From the NCBI RefSeq assembly GCF_009914755.1, contig NC_060927.1: a DNA stretch of 64,000 bases. One strand, written 5' to 3'. This stretch comes from the human T2T-CHM13v2.0 reference genome, Homo sapiens. Position 1 is the stretch's first letter, and each line of letters starts with the position of its first letter. Below are positions 1-12,840 of this stretch, in pieces. Under the pieces are notes generated by a model. The model saw nothing but the letters and a program-made list of their open reading frames with translations, made no database searches and was not told where the DNA came from. A program made the translations under genes and the position numbers.

Positions 1-990
1 CCCAGAGAGAAAACCACACATATACAGACAACTATATTTCAACAAAGTTGCCAGGAGTACACAATGAAGATAGGATAGCCACCTGAACAAATGGTGTTGG
101 GGTAACTGGAAATCCATATGCAAAAGAAAAATGTTTAACTTTATATTACATTACAAAAAATCAATTCAAAGTAAAGACTTAAACATAAAATCTGATAAAA
201 TCTGAAACTGTAAAACTTATAGAAGAAAACATAGCATAAAAACTTTATGACATTGGCCTTGGCATTACTATGATCTCACATCTGTTAAGATAGCTATTAT
301 CAAAACAAAAAAGGGCCAGTCTTAGTGAGGATGTGGAGAAATTGGAAACCTAATATACTGCTGGTAAGAATACAGTATGTGATTCATACAGCTGGTGAGA
401 ATGGTTCCGCCACTACTTAAAACAGCATGGAGGCTTCTCAAAAAATTAAAAATGGACCTACTATATAATACAACAATTCCACTTCTTCGGGGTATTTATC
501 CAAAAGAATTGAAATCAGAATGTTCAAGAGATATTAGCACTCCCATATTTATTTGCAGCACTATTTGCTATAGCTAAGAAGTGAAAGCAACCTAAATGTC
601 CATTGATGGATGAATGATGACATATACAAGAAATATTATCTAGCCTTAAAAAAGAAATTCTGCAATGTGTGACAACACGAAGAACCTGGTGGACATCATG
701 TGAAGTGGAATAGGTTAGTCACCAAAGGACAAATATTGCATGATTCCACTTATACAGTTAAATTTATAGAATCAAGGAGTGGAATGGTGGTTGACAGGGC
801 TGAGAGGGGGAAATGGGAAATTGTTAATTAATGGTATAAAATATGATTTATACAATATAAGTTATAAAGGTCTTCTGAACAACATTGTGTGAATAGTTAA
901 CATTATGTTTTATACACTTACACTTACAATGTATTAGGAGGAGAACTATCATATTGTGTTTTTTCCACAATGAAATAAATTTTTTAAAAA
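1..990 (+). mobile_element. L1 3' portion (ORF2 C-terminus + 3'UTR), old L1MA-type, truncated by window start
   Basis: L1 motifs 'aacaaatggtgttgg', 'gcaacctaaatgtccattgatggatgaat', 'gacaaatattgcatgattccacttata'. ORF 395-577 resembles the decayed ORF2 C-terminus. A-rich end near 975-990. Confidence 0.85.
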
Positions 991-1667
991 ATTTATGTTA
1001 ACTGTGCAGATTTATATGTCTAATCATGGTAAAGTGAGAATATTGATCCATTGATCCTGGTTTAATGAATATCTCATATAAAAGTATATACAATGAAAGC
1101 TACATACATATATATGTGTATGTTTGTATATTGGTTTACATATCTAACATTTCAAAATTTTTAGACCTTTAGGTATATGACAAATTAATCTTCCTGAATA
1201 AACGTGGAAAGCCTCAGTAATTTTGATGATGACAATAAGTTATTTGTACGCTTTTGGTAACTTGGTTTTAGATTAATTTGAACCTAGCTATGGGTTGTCT
1301 TTCTGAAACACAGAGGGTAGTTGATACACTGAGTAGCCTCTCCATGTAGTTACTGTTGTAAGTTTGAAAATGGGTTTGTTTCATAGATTAGAATAATGTC
1401 TCTCCACAGATTCCCTTTAGTTCATTTTAAAGGTTCCTACCAAACATATCTATGTTAGCATCGTTTCAAGTTTCTATCTAATGTGCTAAGATAATAGAAA
1501 AACTGGAAAATGAGGGATGTGTTTAATCTGGATTCATAGTACTTCTTGTGTGACCTTGCTAGAGGAACCACTCCTATTTTTTCATATTCTAGTACTTTCT
1601 CCATTTTTATTAGTACATCATTGAGAGATAAACATAGGGATATCACACAGATATTTATATATTTATT

Positions 1668-2300
1668 TTGTGGTCATCTATGGAGATGAGCTAGATCCCC
1701 TCCCAATGAATAAGCTGAAAGTTTAGTCTGATAACATTGCACACCAAAAAAGTACACAGCAAAGTTTAGTACTCACACAAGAGAAACCTAGGGAGAGGAG
1801 GACAGGCACAAATAAGTCCAGGCTGCCTTGAGTTAGGTATTTCAGTGGTTAGAGAGTACACTAGAGAGTCAGCAACAAAGGGATCCTAGGGGCACAGGCA
1901 TTCTTACCAGCTTGCCCAGATACCAGGCAGAGGGGGAGTGAAGAGGTGGCCATGAAAGCTGCCAGCACCTGAGCGCGGTGGCTCACTTCTGTAATCCTAG
2001 CACTTTGGGAGGTGGAGGTGGGTAGATCTCTTGACCTCAGGAGTTCGAGGCCAGTCTGGGCAACATGGTGAAATCTCATCTCTACAAAAAATACAAAATT
2101 ATCAAGACATGGTGGCTCGTGCGTGTAGTGCCATCTACTTGGGGGACTGAGGCAGGAGGAGGCTTGAGCCCAGGAGGCAGTGGTTACTGTGAGCCAAGAT
2201 TGTGCCACTTGCACTCCAGCCTGGGGACGGAGTGAGACCCTGTCTAAAAAAAAAAAAAATTCTGTTGGCATCAAATATTAAAAGTGGATTCAGATATAGC
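1668..2300 (-). mobile_element. Old ERVL-class solo LTR (MER76-like, tentative) split by an Alu
   Basis: 'gagctagatcccc', 'ttcttaccagcttgcccagat' and 'gaaagctgccagca' before the Alu, then 'tcaaatattaaaagtggattcaga' after it. These match a remembered ERVL LTR in reverse orientation. Confidence 0.5.
1968..2259 (+). mobile_element. AluJ (full-length dimer)
   Basis: Both arms, A-rich linker, J-type 'gcttgagcccaggagg' and 'gagaccctgtct', poly(A) tail. Confidence 0.93.
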
Positions 2301-3239
2301 AATCATATTAATAATATTTAAGGATGAATATACTTTGTAAAGGTATAAGAAATAAATAAAAATTATTGTGCTTACCTGTTTCCTGCCTGTAAACCAATAA
2401 ATGTATTTTACAAAATGAAGTAAGAGGAAATCAAGATCTCTATTCATTAACAAATTACACATATGCTTCATTCTATATCCAAGTATATTATGATGTCGAG
2501 AAAAAAATAATGAAGTTGGAAAAAATGTTACAGATGTTGAAAGACAAGAAGCCACCTGAATGGGATGTGAAAATAGTCAACACAGCAGGTCAGACAGGAG
2601 AAAATTGAGTCAAAATGAAATTAACACAATAGACTTAAAGTCCATTCAAGAAACAGGAGTAATGACTGACATTAGGACAGATAATATACTCAAGAATGTA
2701 GAAATTAGGAACTGAAGAAATAATGTGTTGCAAATTTTAATTCTGAAGGTAGGAAGCTCACTGATTTTATAAGAAGTGGAATACGAATGGTTTATTCTTT
2801 ACGCAGCAAAATCCAAGGACTAAGTTTTCCTAATGATATATGACTATTACAGTGTTTTTGTTTTGGTTTGTTTTGACAGCCTGCAACTGTGTTTACTCAA
2901 TTTCACTATATTTGAAGCTGTCATCTTATAATGTGAATGGATTTTCTGAATACAGCTAACTCAATAGAATGCTGTTAGCTCCTGAATAACTCTTGACCTG
3001 GGTCTTTATATACATTTGCCATTAAACATAATTCAATGTTATCTAACTTTGGGTAGCATGAACACTTTCTCTATAATCTGGCACCACTAAATGGAAGAAT
3101 TAGTAAGGTTCTTGACTTTGGTGATATGTATGTTCTTGTCTATGGTGACCTCACTGAATCTGGCAACCTTTAAAACTAATCATCACAAATGTTGTAATGC
3201 ATTTCTCATATCAGCTTCGCTTTAAATATATTAAATGTA

Positions 3240-3388
3240 GGCCAGGGGGACAATGAAAAGTTACTTAATGGGTACATTGTGTGTTATTCGGGTGATGGAT
3301 ACACTAAAAACCCTGACTTCACCACTACACCATATATTCATGTAACAAAATTACACTTTTGTCCCATAAATTTCTTCAGACAAAAATA
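3240..3388 (+). mobile_element. Short L1 3'-end fragment (L1PB/L1MA-type)
   Basis: 'ttacttaatgggtacattgt...ggtgatggatacactaaaaaccctgacttcaccactac...catgtaacaaaattacact'. Confidence 0.8.
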
Positions 3389-3966
3389 GGAAAGCTGTAG
3401 ACCTGGATTAGATCATGTCTGCTTATTTGATTTCTGCCACTTTTTAAAACATAGAAACAACCAGTAAAATCTGGGAAAAACTGAGTTTATATAGTTATTG
3501 ATCATGATTTAGGGACAAAAAGTTTTGTCATATGGTCAGTAGAAAACAAATGAAGACCATGAATTGAAATAATATAACATTCTATCTTTCAAAATTAGAT
3601 TACTGTAATGAGGCAATGAATAAAATACAATATTATGTTTCAAGAAATTTGCTTTTGGGGTAGCCTGCAGCCAAAGAAAATTAGCCTATATTTTTTACAC
3701 AATGCACATGAGTCCAGGTTCTCCAGCTTTCAGGGTTCACCCTTTGAATAATATGTAACAAACACTATCCAAGCCTCCAAACTGACTAACTGCAGAATTT
3801 TCCGTTTTTATTTCACTGTTCTTTAGCATCACTTATTTCCTTAATAAATTGTTCACAAGTGATAGAAATCTGATATAGTTTTCTCCTTGTTATATTTTTC
3901 TAAGAACTAATGCTCCATATTTATCACTTCACCTCTTTACTTTTTGTAACTAAGTTCTTTTGTGTA

Positions 3967-4386
3967 TGTTTTAGTCTGTTTGTGCTGCTGTAACAAAATA
4001 TCTGATACTGGGTCATTCACAAATAATATAAATTTATTTCTCTGAGTTCTGAAGGCTGAGAAGTCCAAGATCAAGGTGCCAGCAGAATTAGTGTCTGGTC
4101 TGGCACCTTCTGGTAAGGGCTGCTCTCTGCTTCCAAGATGACACTTTGTCATTGAATCCTCAGGAGTGGGGGAACACTATGTTCTCACATGACAAAGGGG
4201 ATAGAAGGGCCAGAGAATGCTCTCTTCAACTTCTAGCCCTTTTTACAAGGGTGCTAAACCCATTAATGAGGGTACAGCTCTTGTGACTTCATCACCCACC
4301 TAGGGCCACATCTCTTAATCGTGTTGTATTGGGGATTAAGTTTCAATATGAACTTTGGAGGGGACACCATCTATCAAACCATAACT
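3967..4386 (-). mobile_element. MaLR solo LTR (MSTD/MLT1A-type)
   Basis: 'tgttttagtctgtttgtgctgctgtaacaaaata', 'gaagtccaagatcaaggtgccagcaga', 'ggggattaagtttcaatatgaactttggaggggacac...caaaccataac'. Confidence 0.88.
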
Positions 4387-6062
4387 CTGCATTTTGCTCC
4401 AACCTAATTCCCTAATGTCCAGCATATTCTGAGCTGAAGCACTATTGATAGAGTTTAGGAATACTGTAAGGAAATCGCAGTGATGTCACAAAGTCCATTG
4501 TATTCACATGTATACACACTCATAGATAACTTGTATCATGCTCCCTAAGAAGTATGTATTCCTTATCTCCTTAATAGTATATTGTCAACATTTCCCACAT
4601 TATTAAATATTCTGAAATATTATATTAATTCCTACAAATTATTCCATGACATGAAAACACCGTAATTTTTAAAATCATTCTCTAATAGGAAAACTAAATA
4701 TTTTCTTTATTATAACAAACACTGAGACAAGTATTATGTACTTTACACATTCTTTTACTCTGACAATTTGGGAAAAATCCACTTTATAAAGAAATATAAT
4801 AACAGAAATAATCTAGGAAACTTTTCTATTAACTATGGTTTAATATTTAACTAATGCACTTGATATCACCATTTTCAATTCTACAAAAAACTAAAATTAG
4901 AAATCAAGACTAGTGTAATTTTTTCAGAGTCCTTGATTGGTGCACTGGTTCTTGTTCATTTTTGTATACAAAGAATACTAAGTGATAAGAAATGATTCTA
5001 TGTTAATAAGTATTTACACACAAAAAGCAATAACTCATCACCAAATCAAATGTACTTTTAACATCTGTTCATTCCTCTGGCTATATTTATGTAAATAATA
5101 TATAAATAAAGAATTTAACAGAAGCTTAGATATTGAAGGTTTATAATCACAAGAAGAAAGTGAGCCCAGCATTGCCATGTTTAAACCAATTGGTGGTGGA
5201 ATCTGACTTTTCTATCTCTTAGTTTAGCATCGTTATTTTATTGAACCTCCATGTAGATACCAAACGTTTGGTTACATATACAGATGTTTAACCAGCAACT
5301 AATAATTCAAAATATCTGGTGAATATCTGGTGATTTCCTTAACTTTTTAATACTATGTTGTTTTTCTGATATCTGTAAATTACTCTAAAATATGTCTTGC
5401 CCCAAATCTTCTTTTCTGAGGTTCATTATATTCAAAGAGCTACAACACTTGGACAGAGAAGTTTCAAAGACTGATGTGATCCGAAGCAGGTTTTCTGAGG
5501 AAGTTCACGTATTTCTCTAAATACTTTTTAAATTCTCATTTTTTTCCATAAGTGCATTTATTTCAAATATGCACATATTTTTCTTAGAAACATTGTTGGC
5601 TGATTAATGTTATTTAGTAGTCACACTGGAGTTTATTCCTTATAAAATATTTATCTAATTTTATTGCTTATTGTTATCAAGGAGTTTACAAAACGGATAA
5701 AATGAGTAAACTAAATGAGTAAATTTCACATTTCAGCTTAAGTTTACAATGTGAAGATTTTTAAGTTTTCTTAATGGAAAAATAAAACATAAAATCTCAG
5801 TGTGATCACTAGAATGAGATGAGATTTGTTGTGACAGTCACTTCAGAAAAGGGAAAAAGCATAAAATTCCAGCTGTTTGGTTAAAAAGGTTTGTCAGAAC
5901 TGCTTCAAAATCAGTCAAACAAAGAGCCAGAGTTCTTCATGGAGCTTGCTTTGGCTGATGTAATTAAGAGGTTATTTCCAATGTATATTGTCCATTTGAA
6001 GAGCATACATGGAAGGGATCCCAAAGGTATTATTATGGCACTGTGGGAAGGCTGGCTAGATG

Positions 6063-6775
6063 TTAAAAATGCTCAAAATCACTAATCAGAAAAATGCAAA
6101 TCAAAACCACATGAGATATTGTCTCACTCTAGTTACAATGGTTTATATCAAAAAGACAGATAGTAACAGATTCTGGCAAGGATGTGGAGAAAGGGGAACT
6201 CACATACACGGTTGCTAGGAATGTAAATTAGTATACCCACCATACAGAACAGTATGGAGGTTCCTCAAAAAACTCCACAAGATCCAGTAATTCCACTACT
6301 GGGTATATATCCAAAAGAGGAAATTAATATAGTGAAAGGATATGTGCACTCTCCTATTTATTTCCACACTATTCACAATAGCCAAAATATGGGATCAATC
6401 TAAGAGCCCATCAATGGATGAATGGGTAAAGAAAATGCGGTGTATATACATAATGGAGTATTATTCGGCCCTAAAAGAATGAAATCCTATCATGTGCAGA
6501 AACGCAGATGGAATTGGAGGCCATTATGTTAAGTGAAATAAGCCAAGCTTAGAAAGACAAATATTACGTGTTCTCACTGATATGTGGGAGATCAAAAAGT
6601 GGAACCCACGAAGAGAGAGAATAGAATGGTGCTTTCCAGAAGCCTGGAAGAGTAGCAGGGAGTGGCAGATGAAGGGAAAAAAGAATAAAAATATGGTTAT
6701 TACCATTGAACTGTATACTTAAAAATAGTAAAATGGCAAATTTTATATGTATTTTTTACCTCAATAAAAAACAAC
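6063..6775 (+). mobile_element. L1 3' end (L1MA-type), 5'-truncated
   Basis: 'atgcaaatcaaaaccac', 'ggatgtggagaaaggggaac', 'ggaattggaggccattatgttaagtgaaataagcc'; ends in 'caataaaaa'. Confidence 0.88.
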
Positions 6776-7763
6776 ATAAAATTTGTTTACAAGTACATGT
6801 GAAAACCACAGTAGTAGTCTCTTTCTCGTTCTTTTACATGATGATAAATGAAAAACAAAGACTACCAACATTATTAAAAATTAAACATAGTGTCCTTTCT
6901 AGTCTTGCTTTTTCAGAATTGCATGTTACTAGGCACATGTTTTATTTAAAAGAATACAAAGTATACAATCAGTTAGCCTTAAACCTGCACTTGGAGTTTG
7001 GCGAGAAACTTACAGTTTTGAGTAGGGAGGACATGGCTGGGTATAAGAAAAGCTTAAAGGTAATAGAATAACTGTCTACACTGTGCCAAGTGCTGATTTT
7101 AACCAGACTTTTTGCTCAGAACCCCAAAAATGATACATACTTATTTCCAGTCAACACCTTAAAATATAAAATATTTTAGAGAAGAAATTATATTACTCAG
7201 AAACTTCAGACATGGGAAAATGGGAGAATGCTTGCAGTATCAACTATTTTGATTGGAGGAGAGAAGGCAGGAGTTGGGAAGGACAAACAGTTGGCAAGAG
7301 AACTATTGATGGAAGCCTGCTTACTTTCTTATGCTCACATATAACAATATGTAATTTGCACTGATATTTTAATTGATAAAAAACTATATGTTAGAAGTCT
7401 TACACTAAGGAAAATTTACACTAATGTCTTAAGTAATGACAAAAACAGTGTGCAAATCATCAGTCCTGTTATCTAACCTTGTTTCACAGTGGCACAAATC
7501 CAAATTAAAACAATTGAGTCAATCAGTGATCAAAAAGAGATCTCTCTCTCACACACACATACACACACAATTCACATCACTGTCACATCCAAAAAAGAGA
7601 TGTGTTTTTTGGTTTAGCAAATGCATTGTTGCATTCATTTCCACAACTTAAAAGGAGACAAAATTTGTCACAAAGCCAGAATTATTGAGAAACTCTGTGC
7701 TCAATATATTATTTGCGTATTAAGATTGAGCCCCAAAGTTCTCACAGTCATTTATTTAACCTG

Positions 7764-7806
7764 ATGTGTATGTGTATATATGTGTGTGTGTGTGTCTGTC
7801 TGTCTG
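7764..7806. repeat. (TG)n/(TCTG)n microsatellite
   Basis: Directly visible. Confidence 0.8.
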
Positions 7807-9229
7807 AATTTTCTGTGTTATTTGAGATACATTTTGCCTGCTGATTCTTCATAGTAAATCTTTATACTATTCACATGGCATTCCATTTGGTTGTACTATA
7901 CAAGATAAATAAATCCATCACTTACAGTAAATTCTAATGTCATCTAAACTATAAGCAATTAGCTAGCATTCAGATTTTTATATTATGGTAAAGTGAATAG
8001 CACTATAGACTCTTCAGTGACTCATTTTTTTGTGTGTAGTCAAGGGGGACATTTAGAAGCATACATATCTAAACCTCAACTATTGACTTAATTTTTTGCC
8101 TTAATTTTTTAAAGAAAAATAAATCATTTTAGAGTACGAAGAGGTGAATTACAATGCTTGATTGCTACATAGAAAAGTTAATGGAAATACATTTTCCAGG
8201 TGAGGGAGTCAAGTATAGCTTTTTATTTAAAATACTGAAAGAAAGGCATTAAGAGTGAGAAAGACCATGGGTCATTTTTTAATGAACCATGTATTACGGT
8301 TGACATCTTGAAAAAAAGGGAGTAACTTTGTTGTCAATTCAAGAATCACCTTAAAAGTGAAACACTGTGCACTTAACCTTTACAAAAAGTATATAATGTA
8401 GACGACATTTATTTTTTAAATATTTTTGTGAAATGCCAGCTTTAAAGTTACTGTGCAAAATGCCAACCTGAAATGTTGGGTTAAATGACTTCACTAAACA
8501 ATGTAACTCAGCGACATTTCCCTTTCATTTAATCACTAAACTAATGCATCACCAGATGCACAGCTAACATAAAAATATCTAAACATGTCGAAAATAATGA
8601 TGACGAAATGTGAACTCCTTCCTCAGTGTTATTTACATCTGGACAAGTAACGTTAATGTTGTCTTTAAAAATGAATTGATTTATTGGAATATATGTTAGT
8701 TGTTTTAAAAAATCAGTGCAGAGAATTTCTTGAAACAATTCCTATGAAACACCCTCAATAAAATGATTAAGTGAGGCAGTATTTGAAAGACCTGCTCACC
8801 TTTATCCTCTTCCCAGTTACTTTTCTTTCCAAAACGCAAGGAAACATGTTTGGATTTGGGAACTCCTGGTGTTCCACTGACAGCAATGAGAGAAACTGTG
8901 ACTTTGAAAACTTCCTTAATGTCCCCTGCCACAAAATCTTTCCCCATATTTTGCCAAACAAAACATGCTTTTCAATGTATTGTTGAGGTTAGGTGCATGA
9001 CGAGTATTCAAGACACTGTGAAAAAGATTACTGGGGATGCTGGAGGGAGACTGGAGTCTTGTGGTTGCCTCTTGTAAGATACCTTCAATGGGAGGCTAAG
9101 AAGGCGGCCTTGGAATGCCCAAAGGAAGTTGATGCATAACTCTCAGCCAAACAGTTTCTGACAAAAAGCCTAAGGTATACTGCTAAAGCTCAAAGGATTG
9201 ATGTCCACATGTCTGACCTCCACATGTCC

Positions 9230-9688
9230 TCTTCCATCTGAACATAAAGAAGGAAGGATGAAGTTTAATATTAAGACTGAAGTTGGAGGAATACTGTGTT
9301 GTTACTTTTTCCCTTGAATCCAGTTGTAAAATGCAAATGAACGTTAGGAGCCTCTTGAGAAGCTGCATCTGAAAGAAGTAAGCCGCTATATAAGACGATA
9401 GAAAATCCCAAATTGTCAGGCAGGAGAGGCCACATAAAGGCATATTGAACAACAACCCCACGAAGCCACCAGTTTGGAGTAAATCATCTCGAATATTCAA
9501 CCACACCAAACCTTCAGATGGCAGACCTAGTAGAATCTGACTACAGGCTGATGAGGGAACTCAAGTATGAACTTTGCTGCCCAACTTTTACCAAATTCTG
9601 ATCTCTAAAATTTTGACCTAAAAATGTTGTTGTTTTAAGGCATTGAGTTTTGAGATAATTTGTTTTTCAGCAAGAAAAATTAAAACAA
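9230..9688 (+). mobile_element. MaLR LTR (MLT1G/H-type); 5' boundary uncertain
   Basis: 'gagaggccacat', 'ccttcagatggcag', 3' end 'gttgttgttttaaggcattgagttttgagataatttgt...cagcaagaaaaattaaaaca'. Confidence 0.7.
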
Positions 9689-9997
9689 CATTTTTTGGAG
9701 TCAAACTCTGTTCCACATCCAAATAATAATGATTATACATATAAATCCAATTAAAGTAAATAATGAGCAGATTATTTGATGGTGAATTTGATTTAATACA
9801 GATTCTAATTCTAACAATTGTATTTAATTTTAAACCTCCTACTTGATAAAACAAAAAGAAGTCAAGATGCCAAATTTGATTTATAATGCCTGACTAAAGG
9901 AAACATACCTATAATTCAAGAGGGACAAAAACCTCCTGGTTCTAAATTTTGTGAAAATTGACTTATATCTGTCTCTAAATAATAGAATTGAACAATG

Positions 9998-10112
9998 TGC
10001 ATTCATTTATTCAGCAAGTATTTTTAAGACCTGTTCAAAGCCAGGCATTATCCTGGTCGCTTTATGTAAAATAGACATTGTCCTGTTCCATGGAAGCTTA
10101 AAGCCTTGGAGG
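9998..10112 (-). mobile_element. L2 3'-end fragment
   Basis: 'attcatttattcagcaagtattt...gccaggcatt...tcctgttccatggaagctta'. Confidence 0.65.
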
Positions 10113-10519
10113 TTATGGGAGTAGAAATTCATTTCTTCCAGCTTTTAGTTTGAAATAGTTCAAACTTACTATGGAATTGAAGTATAGTACAATAAACCTC
10201 CATTTATCTTACCTCCTCTATGTACATTTATAAATTAGTATTTTGTTAAACTGCTCTCTTTTCTCTTCCTCCTCCTTCTTATTATTCCCTTCCTTTCTGT
10301 TTTCCTTCCTCCTCTCTCCCTGGCCCCCTACTTTTTGGAAGATGTGTGAATAAATTCTAAATAGATAAATTCTAAGTCCAAATATTTTAACTCATTCTAA
10401 ATATTAATTAATGGAGTAGACATTCAAAAGTATTTTCAAATCTAAAAATATGCTGAAAAACTTGGTTAATTTTTAAGACAAAAAAGAGAATATAAAATGG
10501 AAAACTCAATTAAATTACC

Positions 10520-12460
10520 ACCCCAAAAAGGAACTTCATATACATTAATTACCAACCCCTATCTCTCCAACTTCCTACCCACTCAGCCTTAGGCAAGAAC
10601 TACTCTGTACCGTGTCTCTATAAATTTACACCATGTCTCTATAAATATTCTCAATATTTCACATGAATGGAATCATATGTGGTTTTTTTGTGACTGGTTT
10701 ATTTCATTTAGCATAATGTTTTCAATATTCAACCATGTTACATTATGTATCAATTCTTCTTTCCTGTTGATGTCAGAATAATATTTTATAGTACATATAA
10801 ACCACATTTTATATATCTATTAATTCATTGATAGGCATTTGGGTTGTTTTCTCCTTTTGGCTATTTGGGTAATTTTGTTATAACATTCATGCAAAAAGTT
10901 TTGTGGAGACGTCAGTTTTTTATTTCTCTTAGGTACATACATCAGAGCGAAATCTAGGTCATACAGTAACTCTGTGTTTAATCAACCGAGAGACTAGCTG
11001 ATTGCTTTTAGAAGACTGCACCATTTTACAGTCTCACCAGCAGTGTTTGATTTCTCCACATTCCTGATGATACTTTTTATTATCTGACTTTTTTAGTCTA
11101 GCCATCTAGTGAATGTGAAATGATATGTTGCTTTGAATTGCATTTCCCTGATAACTAATGAAGTATCTTTTCATGTGCTTATTATTTATACATTTTCCTT
11201 GGAGAAGTATCTATTAAATCCCTTGCCCATTTTTAAAAAAACACCTTTTTTATTTTGATTTATGGGAATTTTTTATGTAGTTTATATAGAAGCCCTTTAT
11301 GAGATATATAATTTTCAAATGTTTTTTCCCATTTTGTGAATAGGTGTTTCCACTTTTATTTATTTATTTATTTATTTATTTTTTGAGGTGAGGTCTTACT
11401 ATGTTGCTGAGGCTGCAGTACATCGGCATCATCATAGCTCACTGCAGCCTTGAACTCCTGGACTCAATGGATCCTCCCATCTCATCTTGTGGAGGTGCTA
11501 GGATTATATGATTGAGTCATCATACCCAGCAGTAAAGTTTAGCATAAATTTGTCAATTTCTACAAAAAAGTTAGCTGATACTCGGATATGAATTGGAATG
11601 CATCTGCAGATCAGCTTTAAGAGTGTATCTATTTTATTGTTGTGTTCTAATAAATGAACATCTGATGTTTTGTACTTATTTTGACCTTCTTTAATTTCTT
11701 TCCACAGTGTTTTATAGTTTTTAAAGTGTAAGTTTTCACTTCCTTTGCAAATACATTCCTGTTTTATTCTTTGGGATTCCAATATAAATGAAATTTTAAA
11801 AATTGATTTTAAATTTCTCCCAAAGAAGATTCACTCCACACCTCCACCCCACAATCCCCCAAAATAAATTGATTTTTATATTTGTATTGCAAATGTATGA
11901 ACATACTACTTACTTTTTTATACTGATCTTGCATTCTGTAGACTTGCTGAATTCATCTAATAGTTTTTTAAGGGGTTACTTAAAATTTTCATATACAAGA
12001 TCATGTCATCTCAAAAAGAGATAGTTTGACTTCCTCCTTTCTAATCCTGTTACCTTGTATTTCTTTCTCTTACTAATTGCCCTGGTTAGAACCTCAATTA
12101 CAATGTTGAATAGAAGTGGTGAAAGTGGATATTATTTTCTTCTACCTGATATTAGAGGAAAGCATCCTGTCTTTTGGCATTAAGTATAATGTTACCTATG
12201 AGCTTTTCACATATGTTAAGTTGGAGAACTTCTCTTCTATGACTAGTTTGTTGAAAGAAACATATCATGAAAGGGTATCAGATTTTGTCAAATGCTTTCT
12301 GTGTATATATTGAGATGATCATGTAATTTTTTTCTATTTTTATTCTATGAATACAATTTATTACTTTAGTTGATTTTTGAATGTGAAACCAACCTTGCAT
12401 TCTTTAGATAAATCTCACTTGATCATCATTCATAATTATTTACATACATTGCTGTATGTC
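10520..12460 (-). mobile_element. L1MB-type fragment (3'UTR + ORF2 pieces) interrupted by an Alu monomer
   Basis: 'atggaatcatatgt', 'ctgcaccattttacagtctcaccagcagtg', 'ttgcatttccctgataactaatga'. Minus-strand ORF 11504-11782 contains 'NYKTLWKEIKE', typical of ORF2. Confidence 0.85.
11355..11530 (-). mobile_element. Monomer-length Alu (FRAM/AluJ-derived) with (TTTA)n tail
   Basis: 'gaggtcttactatgttgctgaggctgcagta...catagctcactgcagccttgaactcctggactcaa...ggattatatgattgagtcatcatacccagc'. Confidence 0.82.
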
Positions 12461-12619
12461 ATAGAATGAAATTAACTTTGTGTCATTGGTAGGTTATAGT
12501 TGTCAATCAAAAATTAGGATGTTATGGATGGTACAGAGAGTATCTATTTGAGGATAGTGATCACAAGGTAAAATAAGAAAAGAAAGAATGATAAGATGAT
12601 AGTAAGATTATAAAGTCAA

Positions 12620-12840
12620 ATAACAATAATAGTGATTGCTACTATTTAATGCACATTTGCTGTGTTCCAAGGATTGTGTTAAGCATTTTATATGTATTAA
12701 TTCATTTATTCCTTACATTAACTCTATTAAAAAACTATTATCATTATGTTCATCTAACAGATGAAACAAAGACACAAAGAACTTAAATAACTTGCTTAAG
12801 GCCATACAGCAAAACATGCAAGATCAGTATATTTGACTTC
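12620..12840 (-). mobile_element. MIR
   Basis: MIR core in reverse orientation: 'acagatgaaacaaagacacaaagaacttaaataacttgcttaaggccatacagc'. Confidence 0.8.

Noticed and set aside
1861-2274. 137-aa ORF and similar ORFs at 27080-27443, 28475-28876, 48564-49320, 50768-50959
   Set aside because: These are translations of antisense Alu sequence (e.g. 'LPRLECNG', '[16 protein letters not shown]'), a well-known artefact rather than genes.
8541-9509. Cluster of overlapping ORFs on both strands
   Set aside because: Short, no recognisable domain, no convincing splice structure, and partly inside an MLT1 LTR. Consistent with chance.
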